Source: Hemiscyllium ocellatum
Lineage: Eukaryota
DNA: 64,000 nucleotides
Assembly (NCBI RefSeq): GCF_020745735.1
Contig: NC_083417.1
Location: 17,112,001-17,176,000 of the forward strand
Direction of reading: 5' to 3'
Within the stretch, counting starts at the first letter, position 1. Every line of letters begins with the position of its first letter. The notes under the pieces were generated by a model. That model saw nothing but the letters and a program-made list of their open reading frames with translations, searched no databases and was not told the DNA's origin. Position numbers and translations under genes: made by a program. Positions 26,190-36,931 of this stretch are shown here, in pieces.

Positions 26190-28670
26190 GTTATATTCAG
26201 TCCCACATACAGATGGTGAGGATATTCCATACTCACTCCACTCACACATTCTATATGAGAATAACTCAAATCCAGATCATAACATTGTGTATAAGAATAT
26301 CTCACTCCCAGTCCATATAAACTTGGTATGAATATTTCTCACACCAAGAACATATGCACGCTATGTAAAGATATCTCACACCCAGTCTATACACACAATA
26401 TGAAGCTTTCTTACTCCTAGTCCTATAGACACTCTGTATGAGGCTATCTCACACCCAGTCCATATCCTCATTGTATGAGGCTATCTCACACCCAGTCCAT
26501 ATACTCATTGTATGAGATATCTCACACCCAGTCCATATAAATGCTGGTTGTAGGTATCATTCGAGATGGCGTTGGAATAACAGGGCTGAGCCCAGGTCTT
26601 GTCCACTCCTGCCTGCATTTTTTTTATGTTGCTTTGTTTTTAACTTCTACTCTTTTCCTTTACTTTTCTCTTTGTTTTCTTTTCTTTAAAGACTTTTGCA
26701 GTGATTCAGTGGCATTGGCACTGCAGTGAGACCGGGATGTGCATGGATTGGCAGCCGCCCGGCAGTTGGAGGTGGTGACGGGATGGGAGACAGAACAACA
26801 TTGGCATTGATAGGGGACCTTTTGTGTAATGATGACAGCCTCCAGGCTAGTCTTGGTTGCCTGCATGGTGGATGGGTTTTCCAAATACCTTCATGGAGAT
26901 AAATCTTTAGACTTTCAGATCTGGATGTTTCCTTACCTTATGGCTCTTTTTTCAAATAAAAATTGTGTTTTTTTAAATTCTGGTTTTGTAACTAAGATGA
27001 TGTTGAAGATTGGCAATGTGACTGCTCTTTTCACTGTACTCCTGTATTCCTATACTTGAGTACACATGACAATAACATTTAATTTTAATCTCACACCCTG
27101 TCATATAGACACTTGATGAGGATATTTCAAAGCCAGTGGCACATACACAATTTGGATGAGGATATCTGACACCCAGTCCACATACAACAGACTATAGGTG
27201 CAGGAGTAGGCCATTCGGCCCTTCGAGCCAGCACCACCATTCATTATGATCATGGCTGATCATCCACAATCAGTATCCTGCCTTATCCCCATAATTCTGG
27301 ATCCCACAATCTCTAAGAGCTCTATCCATCTCTTTCTTGATGTATATACATTCTGGATGTAAGACCATAAGACATAGGAGTGGAAATTAGGCCATTCAGC
27401 CCATTGAGTCTGCTCTGCCATTCAATCATGGCTGTATAAGTTTCTCAACCTCATTCTCCTGCTTTCTCCCTGTAACAGTTGGATCCCCTTGACAATCAAG
27501 AACCTATTTATCTCTCTTTTAAATAGACTCAATGACCTGACTTCCACAGCCTTCTATGTCGATGAATTCCACAGAATCACCGCTCTCTGTCCAAAGAAGT
27601 TTCTCCTTATCTCTGTTCTAACGGATCTTCCTTTTACTCTGAGGCTGTGTCCTCGGATGCTAGTCTCTCCTGCCAAAGAAACATGGATGAGGATCTCTCT
27701 CAGTCACTGCATACACACTTTATGATAAGATTTCACACCCAATCCATATACACAGTGCATAATGATCTCTCACACCCAATGCCTATAAACTGCGTGAATA
27801 TACTTCTCACCCAGTCCACATACATGCTCTACAAGAAGATATATCACACCCAAGGAATGTACTCACTCTGTATTGGGATATATCACACACAGAGCTGAAA
27901 AGTGTGTTGCTGGAAAAGCGCAGCAGGAGAATCGACATTTCGGGCAAAAGTCCTTCTTCAGGAATCTCACACTCAGTCCATATACATTCTGTATGAAGAT
28001 ATCTCCCACCCAGTGCATGTACACACTCTGGATGAGAACATCTCATTCCTAATGGTGTGCACACTCTGGATGAGAATATCTCACACCCAGTTCATACACA
28101 CTCTGTACGAGGATTTCTCACACCAGTCCATCGACACATTTTGTAAGGAAATCTCACACCCTGTCCATATTCACACTTTATAAGGAAATCTCACAACCAG
28201 GCCACGTACACAGTGTATGAAGATATCATACATTTGAACCTTGCAGATATTTTATGGGGATGTTTGACATTCAGTCCAGAAACACATTTTACAGGAATAT
28301 CTGATATCCAGTCTGTATACACACTTTATGTGGATATCTCACACTGAGTCCATATACACACTTTATAAAGATATCTCACACCCAGTCCATACACAGCCTT
28401 AATGGTAAAATCACACACCCAGTTCATGTAGACACTTTATGGTGATATCTCACACCCAGTCCATATACAGCCTATATGGTGAAATCTCACACCCAGTCCA
28501 TATACAGCCTATATGGTGAAATCTCACACCCAGTCCATATACAGCCTTTATGGTGATATCTCACACCCAGTCCATATACAGCCTATATGGTGATATCTCA
28601 CACCCAGTCCATATACAGCCTATATGGTGAAATCTCACACCCAGTCCATATATACTCTTTATGGGGATGT
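26190..28670. repeat. 37-bp minisatellite (atctcacacccagtccatatacagcctatatggtgaa), degenerate distally and near-perfect proximally, interrupted by several TE fragments
   Basis: cacaccc at 28451, 28488, 28525 (37-bp period); decayed units back to ~26200; insertions at ~26540-27088, ~27188-27680, ~27890-27965. Confidence 0.9.
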
Positions 28671-28689
28671 TTGACACATACATCGTGCA

Positions 28690-28815
28690 TTTGAATGTGT
28701 GCGCAACCTACACCCCCTACTGTTCACTCCCTGAACTGCTGCCTGCCGCCCGGGGTGCCATTTGACCCTGACTTCCGGCGGGGTGGCGTCAGTTCCGCCC
28801 TCTCCTCCCTCGGTA
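28690..28815 (+). promoter_or_regulatory. COX4I1 TATA-less CpG-rich core promoter
   Basis: ACTTCCGG ETS/GABP motif (28771-28778), GCCATTT YY1-like (28757), TGACCCTGA ERR-like half-site, GGCGGGG GC box, CGTCA CRE half-site, upstream of a splice donor. Confidence 0.75.
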
Positions 28816-28852
28816 ACTAGCTTTCCCGTTGCTGTGGTGACTGATCGCTCGA
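28815..28852 (+). other. COX4I1: COX4I1 non-coding exon 1 (5' boundary approximate)
   Basis: Donor cga|gtgagt at 28853 just downstream of the promoter motifs; vertebrate COX4I1 has a short untranslated first exon. Confidence 0.7.
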
Positions 28853-28979
28853 GTGAGTGACCGCCTCTGTGTTCGTCCGGGGCCTCGGCCTGGGGGTGGA
28901 GACGGTGGATTTAATTCGCGGTGGCTGCCCTCCCGCCTTCGGGAGCCGCTGGAACAGGGTCTCAGGCATAGGCGCCGAG

Positions 28980-30020
28980 GGGAGGGGCTGGGATTAGGGG
29001 GATGGGGTATTGGGATTGGGGTGTGGGGTGTGGGGTGTGGGGTGTGGGGGTTAGGGTGTGGGGTGTTGGGGTTAGGGGGTTGGATGTTGGGGTTAGGGGG
29101 TTGGATGTTGGGGTTAGGGGGTTGGATTTGGGGTTAGGGTGTGGGGTGTTGGGGTTAGGGGGTTGGATTTGGGGTTAGGGTGTGGGGTGTTGGGGTTAGG
29201 GGGTTGGATTTGGGGTTAGGGTGTGGGGTGTTGGGGTTAGGGTTAGGGTGTGGGGTGTTGGGGTTAGGGGGTTGGGGTTAGGGTTAGGGTGTGGGGTGTT
29301 GGGGTTAGGGGGTTGGATTTGGGGTTAGGGTGTGGGGTGTTGGGGTTAGGGGGTTGGATTTGGGGTTAGGGTGTGGGGTGTTGGGGTTAGGGGGTTGGAT
29401 TTGGGGTTAGGGTGTGGGGTGTGGGGGTTAGGGGGTTGGATTTGGGGTTAGGGTGTGGGGTGTTGGGGTTAGGGTTAGGGTGTGGGGTGTTGGGGTTAGG
29501 GGGTTGGGGTTAGGGTTAGGGTGTGGGGTGTTGGGGTTAGGGGGTTGGATTTGGGGTTAGGGGGTTGGATTTGGGGTTAGGGGGTTGGATTTGGGGTTAG
29601 GGTGTGGGGTGTTGGGGTTAGGGGGTTGGATTTGGGGTTAGGGTGTGGGGTGTTGGGGTTAGGGGGTTGGGGTTAGGGTTAGGGTGTGGGGTGTTGGGGT
29701 TAGGGTGTGGGGTGTTGGGGTTAGGGGGTTGGATTTGGGGTTAGGGTGTGGGGTGTTGGGGTTAGGGGGTTGGATTTGGGGTTAGGGGGTTGGATTTGGG
29801 GTTAGGGGGTTGGATTTGGGGTTAGGGGGTTGGATTTGGGGTTAGGGTGTGGGGTGTTGGGGTTAGGGGGTTGGATTTGGGGTTAGGGTGTGGGGTGTTG
29901 GGGTTAGGGGGTTGGATTTGGGGTTAGGGTGTGGGGTGTTGGGGTTAGGGGGTTGGATTTGGGGTTAGGGTGTGGGGTGTTGGGGTTAGGGGGTTGGGAT
30001 TGGGATTGGGGTTGGGGAGG
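28980..30020 (+). repeat. G-rich telomere-like minisatellite in COX4I1 intron 1
   Basis: Interspersed units GGGGTTAGGGTGTGGGGTGTT (21 bp) and GGGGTTAGGGGGTTGGATTT (20 bp), with occasional GGGTTAGGGTTAGGG. Confidence 0.95.
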
Positions 30021-30992
30021 GACATTGAGGGGGTGATCGGTGACCTGCCTGTTCCGTTTCACAAGGTCTGTCAATGAAGGCAGTAACTCTGCGGCTTCAG
30101 CACGGTGGGGCTGACTGCAATTAAACTGAAATAACCCCACCCTCCTTCCCCGCCCCAAACACATCGGTTATATCAAGGTGAGGGAGGTTATCTATACTGG
30201 GCACTGTGTGAGGCAACATCAGCAGCAATGTGCACAGCGGTGGTCACACAACAGTGTTGGAAGTGGTCCACAAAGGTTTTATCAGTTTGATATCTGGAAT
30301 CCCCGAGGATGTCCCATCGCACAGTGAAACTATGTATTTGCCATTGAGCTGTCTGTCTTTTCTTGCAGCCTTTAACGACTTAAACCAGGATGTACATGTC
30401 GGTATTATTGTAAGGAATTACGGAGCCAAAAGTATTTTTCTTTCTCCAGCGCTGAGGTGTTTATCATGAGATGGACCAAATATTATTATTTTTCTGAAAC
30501 CCTACTCATCTGATATAACCATTCCTTAGTTCCCTCAGGCTAATCTGATGTCAACGGGTTTTCTGAACAGATAATGTTTGAAAGAATGACGATACTTTTA
30601 GTACAATTATCGACTAATAACAAGGTTGGAGTGCAGTAGATCAATATCAAGATTTGAGAGCAGAGCATAAGTATTTGTCAGGATTATTTTAAATATTCAA
30701 ACTAGAATCCATTACATAATTAGCAGTTGACATTTGAAATATTTATTAATCTTTTGATATTTTATTGAAGTTAAGTTGCTGGCATAGCCAATGGATCATC
30801 CATTATATGCACTTTGATCTTTCACCCTAGATGCTGGCAACATGAGTTGTCTACAACAGCCCCAGTTGAAGTCATAGAAACAGGTGTAGGTAGGCAGTGC
30901 TGCTCAACATGATAGTTACTGCAGCCTTTTTTTGATTTAGGAAGAAAGTACACTGAAATGATAAAGTCTACTCCAAATATCTGCTTCTTCCT

Positions 30993-32722
30993 CATAGAGT
31001 CAGAGATGTAGAGCATGGAAACAGACCCTTCTGTCCAACTCATCTATGCCAACTAGATATCCCAACCCAATCTAGTCCCACCTGCCAGCATCTGGCCCAT
31101 ATCCTATTCATATACTCATCCAGATGCCTTTTAAATGTTGCAGTTGTACCAGCCTCCACCACTTCCACTGGCAGCTCATTCCATACACGTACCACCCTCT
31201 GTGTGAAAAAGTTGCCCCTTAGGTCTCTTTTATATCTTTCCCCTCTCACCCTAAACCTATGCCTCTAGTTCTGGACTTTTGGTGTCATCTGCAAACGTAC
31301 CAACTATACCTCCTATGTTCACATCCAAATAATTTATATAAATGACTAAAAGTAGTGGACCCAGCACCAATCCTTGTGGCACTCCACTGGTCACAGGCCT
31401 CCAGTCTGGAAAAACAACCCTCCACCACCACCCTCTGTCTTCTACGTTTGAGCTAGTTGTGTATCCAAAGGGCTAGTTCTCCCTGTATTCCATGGGATCT
31501 AATCTTGCTAATCAGTCTCCCATGGGGAGCCTTGTCAACTGCCTTACTGAAGTCCATATAGATCGCTCTGCCCTCATCAATCCTCTTTGTTCCATCTTCA
31601 AGAAACTCAGTCAATTTTGTGAGACATGATTTCCCATGCACAAAGCCATGTTGACTATCCCTAATCAGTCCTTGCTTTTCCAAATACATGTACATCCTGT
31701 CTCTCAGGATTCCCTCCAACAACTTGCCCACCACCAACGTCAGGCTCACTGATCTATAGTTCTGTTTTCCTTACCACCTTTCTTAAACAGTGGCATCAAG
31801 TTAGCCAATCTCCAGTGTTCCGGCACCTCACCTGGGACTATCAATGGTACAAATATCTCAGCGAGGGGCCCAGCAATCACTTCCCTAGCTTCACACAGAG
31901 TTTGAAGGCATACCTGATCAGGTCCTTGGGAATGTACCCAGTCTTGTGTTTCAAGACGTCCAGCACTTCCTCCTCTGTAATATGGACATTTTCCAAGATG
32001 TCATCATCTGTTTCGCTATGTTGTATATCTTCCATGTCCTTTTCCACAGTGACACTGATGCAAAATACTCGTTTAATATCTCCCCAGTCTCCTGCGGCTC
32101 CACACAAAGGCCGTCTTGCTGATCTTTGAGGGGCCCTATTCTCTCCCTAGTTACCCTTTTGTCCTTCATGCATTTGTAAAAACCGTTTGGATTTTCCTTA
32201 ACTCTATTTCCCAAAGCTATCTCATATCCCCTTTTTTCCCCTCCTGATTTCCGTCTTAAGTATACTCCTACTGCCTATATATTCTTTTAAGGATTCACTC
32301 CATCTATCTTGTCTATACCTGACATATGCTTCCTTCTTTTTCTTAACCAAACCCTCAATTTCTTTAGTCATTCAGCATTCCCTACACCTACCAACCTTTC
32401 CTTTCACCCTAACAGGAATATACTGTCTCTGGACTCATTTCTGAAGGCGTCCCATTTTCCAGCCATCCCTTTACCTGCGAACATCTGCTCCCGATCAGCT
32501 TTTGAAAGTTCTTGCCTAATGCCATCAAAATTAGCCTTCCTCCAGTTTTGAACTTCACCTTTTAGATCTGGTCTATCCTTTTCCATCACCATTTTAAAAC
32601 CAATAGAATTATGGTCGCTGGCCCCAAAGTGGTTCCCCACTGATACCTCAGTCATCTTCCCTGCCTTATTTCCCAAGAGTAGATCAAGGTTTTGCACTTT
32701 CTTTAGTAGGTACATCCACATA
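30993..32722 (-). mobile_element. CR1-clade LINE with internal deletions, in COX4I1 intron 1
   Basis: SDHNSI.F, NWRKANFD, KENPNGFYK, SLT.VVGKLLEGILRDR motifs and 3' tail. Confidence 0.9.
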
Positions 32723-33469
32723 TTGAATTAGGAATTCTTCTGTGAAGTTATTGCTTATCTGTTGCTGGTATGCATTTTGCAATTTAATTTTGCTTTGTTG
32801 CCCTACAACCATGATGGATGTTAATTTTACAGGATTATTTACCTCTGTCTTTATTATAGTACCTTTTTTAATGATTGTGGTCTAGTCTACCAAGTGTGAG
32901 CTACAAGTGTCAGTTCAAATGAATTACATGTAAATTGGGAAATGAAATCACAGAATCAAATAATTATTATCGTTTATTACAGTAGATCTTTTGGCGAAAT
33001 GATTAAACTGGACACACTGGATTGTACAGCAATGTTACAATATAATTTCACTTTAGCATGGGTGTCTGTCTAAAATTATCCATAAGTCAATACAGGGTTT
33101 TGTTCACAACTCTGCTGCAGATGTATATGGCTAACATAAAGTTACCTTGCAAGAATTGCATTTGATGTTTATTAATCTGAATGCTTATGTGTGTTATATT
33201 TTTGTGTATTTACACATACCTTTACTTTGCTCTATGACCATGGTTAAGTAGTCTGCAGTAAAACTGGAAGGTTTCTCTGAATTTAGAAGGGAGGACAATC
33301 GAGGAAGTGATTGTGGTCAGGCTGTGAGAGGTTTCCCTGTCCCTTACATTACTTTCGACCATTATTAATTACACTTAATCTCTGAGGGGTTATATGTAAT
33401 TGATAAATGTCAATAATGATCTTTAGCTCTACAGCTAACAATGAAGTTGTTAAGGTGCAAAATTTGACC

Positions 33470-33526
33470 TGGGAGAGCATTAGACTGAAGATTTCTTGGT
33501 CTCTGGTTCAATCCCAGGTTTCAGTA
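33470..33526 (+). pseudogene. 5'-truncated tRNA-Phe(GAA)-derived fragment
   Basis: tgggagagcattagacTGAAGAtttcttggtctctggttcaatcccaggtttcagta aligns to vertebrate tRNA-Phe (tgggagagcgttagactgaagatctaaaggtccctggttcgatcccgggtttcggca); acceptor 5' strand missing. Confidence 0.75.
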
Positions 33527-33564
33527 TAAAGAGCGTTTCCTGACCGCTCCAGCCTTTGTTTACA

Positions 33565-34070
33565 TAGGTTCAGGGCGAGAGGGGAAGGATATAAAAGGGA
33601 CTTAAGGGGCAACTTTTTCATGCAGACGGTGGTGTGTATGTGGAATAAGCTGCCAGAGGAAGTGGTGGAGGCTGGTACAATTACACCATTTAAAAGGCAT
33701 CTGGATGGATATATGAATAGCTGCAAATGTGTTGCTGGTCAAAGCACAGCAGGCCAGGCAGCATCTCAGGAATAGAGAATTCGACGTTTCGAGCATAAGC
33801 CCTGAAGGGCTTATGCTCGAAACGTCGAATTCTCTATTCCTGAGATGCTGCCTGGCCTGCTGTGCTTTGACCAGCAACACATTTGCAGCTGTGATCTCCA
33901 GCATCTGCAGACCTCATTTTTTACTCGGATATATGAATAGGAAGAGTTTAGTGGGATCTGAGCCAAGTGCTGGAAAATGGAACTAGATTAGGTTAGGATA
34001 TTTGGTCAGCATGGATGAGTTGGACTGAAAGCTTTGTTTCCATGCTGTACATCTCTATGACTCTATGACT
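33565..34070 (+). mobile_element. CR1 3' end interrupted by a fold-back family-A element (33721-33926)
   Basis: 14-bp duplication ggatatatgaatag at 33707-33720 and 33927-33940; inverted arms 33719-33803 and 33806-33890. Confidence 0.9.
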
Positions 34071-34360
34071 TTTTCGTTAATGGAAGAAGCTTGGAATTAA
34101 GAATGTGACTGGATGTATTTAATATGTTGAGTTTCGGTTTTACAGGTGAATGTTCATTTCTCAACATTGGTCTTCCACTTTGTTGTGAAAAGGTGATCTT
34201 TAGAACTTTGGCCTTGCTTGTGAATTGTTAAAGCGTTGGTAGTTTGGAACTGGAACTACGTGGTGTACTTGATGCTTCAGACTTTTACCATATAAAACTT
34301 TCTATGTGTCACTGACAGACACATAACTCTGACAAATGTCCTTTGTAAAATCTTTGCAGA

Positions 34361-34433
34361 ATGTTGGCTTCAAGAGCTCTGAGCCTGATCACCAAGTGTG
34401 GAATTTCTACTTGTATCCAAGCCCGTGGACATA
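34361..34433 (+). CDS. COX4I1: COX4I1 first coding exon: mitochondrial presequence MLASRALSLITKCGISTCIQARGH
   Basis: tctttgcag|A ATG...CAT A|gtaagt; 73 coding bp. Confidence 0.95.
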
Positions 34434-36766
34434 GTAAGTTGTAAAACAATTGTGGTTGGAGGATCTAAATTCTAGTGCTACATTAGATGATCCAATATTG
34501 ATTGTTTGCACATTCTGAATCTCCATTGCTGATTCTTTGTCTTAATTCACAACTTATTTGGTGTTGCATGTTTTGGTAACAGATAAGATTTCAATAAGGT
34601 TTGTTTGGTTTTAATACAATGTATATTGTATATATACCATAAAATTGATTATGTTTTGGGTGATACCACATTTTATAATATTTTATTGACTTTTGCCAGG
34701 TAAATTTCAGCTATTCATAATTTACTGTGATACCTCTCCTTTCACTTTGTGAAGGAGCAGTCGCAGAATATTTGCATCAAAATCAGTCTATATATTTCTG
34801 TGCCTAACCTTTTTGATAATTTTGTGCCTAAATTGAAACAAGGAGCTATTTGTATAGAGCTTGGATCAATAGTCAAAGTATTTAGCTAACTTTATTCAGT
34901 CAAAATTTGTATACTTATGTCAGTGTTCAGCGAGTGAATTATAGTTGGGCTGAAAGTTTGAAATGTGTTTTGATTTGAGAAAAACATAACCTCACAATTG
35001 TTAATCTTTATAACAGAAACAGTGGTACTTAGGAGCAGGCCAATCAGCCCCTCAAGTCTGTCCCTCTATTCAATGAGATCATGGCTGATCCATAGCATAA
35101 TTCCATATTCCATATTGGCCCAACTCCGTATAATTCATCTTGGCCCATATCCTTTAGTAATAAAACTTTAACCTATCTCTAAAATTAATAGCTGATCTAA
35201 CATCAACTGTCATTTGTGGAAGAGCGTTCCAAACCACTGCCACCCCTACCCCTTCTGTGTCGGAGTGTTTCTTAACTCCTCCCCTGAGCGGTCTCTGGCC
35301 CTAATTTTTAGGTTTGACCTCTTAGTTCTAGAACCTTCAAACAGTGGAAATAGTTTATCTTTGTACTACTAATACTCTTCAATGGTTTTGATTTGGGCAG
35401 GTGATTAAGTGTGCAGTGCTTTTGTTTTTTGTGCAGCTATGAAGATGCTGTAACCTTTGTGTAGCCTTTGCAGGTATTTTGAGTCAGTATGTGGGTGCAT
35501 AAGCTTGTCTGAGCCTTATTGAGAGCCCTTTACATCATCTTTTGGAGTTGAAATACTATCTACGACAGGGTTAGCATCACTCAACTCCTACCACATGCAC
35601 AGCTAACATCCTAATCTTAAATTTGCAATGAGTGTATCATGAGAATGATACCCGTGTTTAAAAGAAATTATTCTATTGACAGACCTGAAAAGTAATATAC
35701 TCACAAGGACTAGACATCTGTTTGAATATTCTAACTCTGCAGTATCCAATTGCACAGAGTATGTCTCTAATAATTTTGTATCTACCTCATTAGCCAGATG
35801 TTCAAAGCTGGGTTTCCAAATACTAATTTAAAATGCGTGAAGGTGTGGTTGTTGGATTCTTATTTGCACTATTTCATCTTTCATGCAAACTGCTAGGGAC
35901 CACCTTTACTTTACCATTTTAGACAGTAATCCTTGAACATCTCTAATCATGAAATCCAGTTTGTCATCATTGTAATTGCAATAAATTTTGTTCTTTTGTG
36001 GACCTTTTGAAATGTATGCTAAATGTGCTTCAGTGCTTTTGTGTAGTGAACTGCACAGAATTAAGTAATTTAAATGTGGACTGACAAAACCATAATCTCA
36101 AGATATATTGTAGTGTTCTGCCTATATTCTCCTGCTTCAATTGTTTTACCACATTTACCTGTCTGGATACTAAAAGTGATTACTCTTCTTCATTCTAAGT
36201 GTCTTCCGCTTGCAGTCTTTTTTTAAAAAAATCTTGTATGTATTAGCACAATGTGGAAAACATCAAGTTTTACATTTAAATTAAATTGACTTTTCAAGCC
36301 CTTTTCTATATTGTACGCGCCATTATATTTTTAATGTGTTAAGGAAACCTGAACTTATGTTGGAAATCCATATTTCGATTGTAAATATAGATCAGAAACT
36401 CTAGCATTCTTGTCAAAATACAATCTTATCAAAAACACCAATAGCAGGAAAATCACTACAATCATTCACTTATAGACTGAATATAGCAGATGATAAAACG
36501 CAAGTGAAACTGGTCACTAAATTATAATTTAGCCAGAGGCATTTGCTTAGCACTCTTTGCAAGTGATGTGAATACTGAACTTATGATCAGTAACTGGTTT
36601 CAGCATATTTTAACCAAGATTTAGAGATTTATCAGAATACTACAGAAGGAAACCCATGAGGTGATCAGAAATATTTTTAACACTGATTTTCCTTTGTGGG
36701 TGTGTATGCCTATGTTTAATGTTATTGTGTGCTGATGTAATTGAGAAATGTCCTGGTTTTCTGTAG

Positions 36767-36931
36767 GTGTAGCAAAGGTTGGAGCCAGTTCACTTTCACC
36801 TTACTATGATCGTAAAGATGATCCACTTACTGCTGTTGACTTTGTGGAACAACTGTCCAGAGAGCAAAAGTCCCTGAAGGAGAAGGAGAAAAGTTCTTGG
36901 GTTTCTCTTTCCACTGATGAGAAGCTGAAGT
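36767..36931 (+). CDS. COX4I1: COX4I1 coding exon (VAKVGASSLSPYYDRKDDPLTAVDFVEQLSREQKSLKEKEKSSWVSLSTDEKLK)
   Basis: ttttctgtag|GT...AAG T|gtaagt; 165 bp; LKEKEK..W..LS..EK signature of COX IV. Confidence 0.96.

Noticed and set aside
28325-28670. 37-bp repeats as a CRISPR array
   Set aside because: Head-to-tail units with no unique spacers, vertebrate context, no cas genes
28980-30020. True telomere or chromosome-fusion scar
   Set aside because: Never more than two consecutive TTAGGG hexamers, no head-to-head inversion, and it lies inside an intact gene's intron
33602-33986. Identical peptide encoded on both strands
   Set aside because: Trivial consequence of the DNA palindrome
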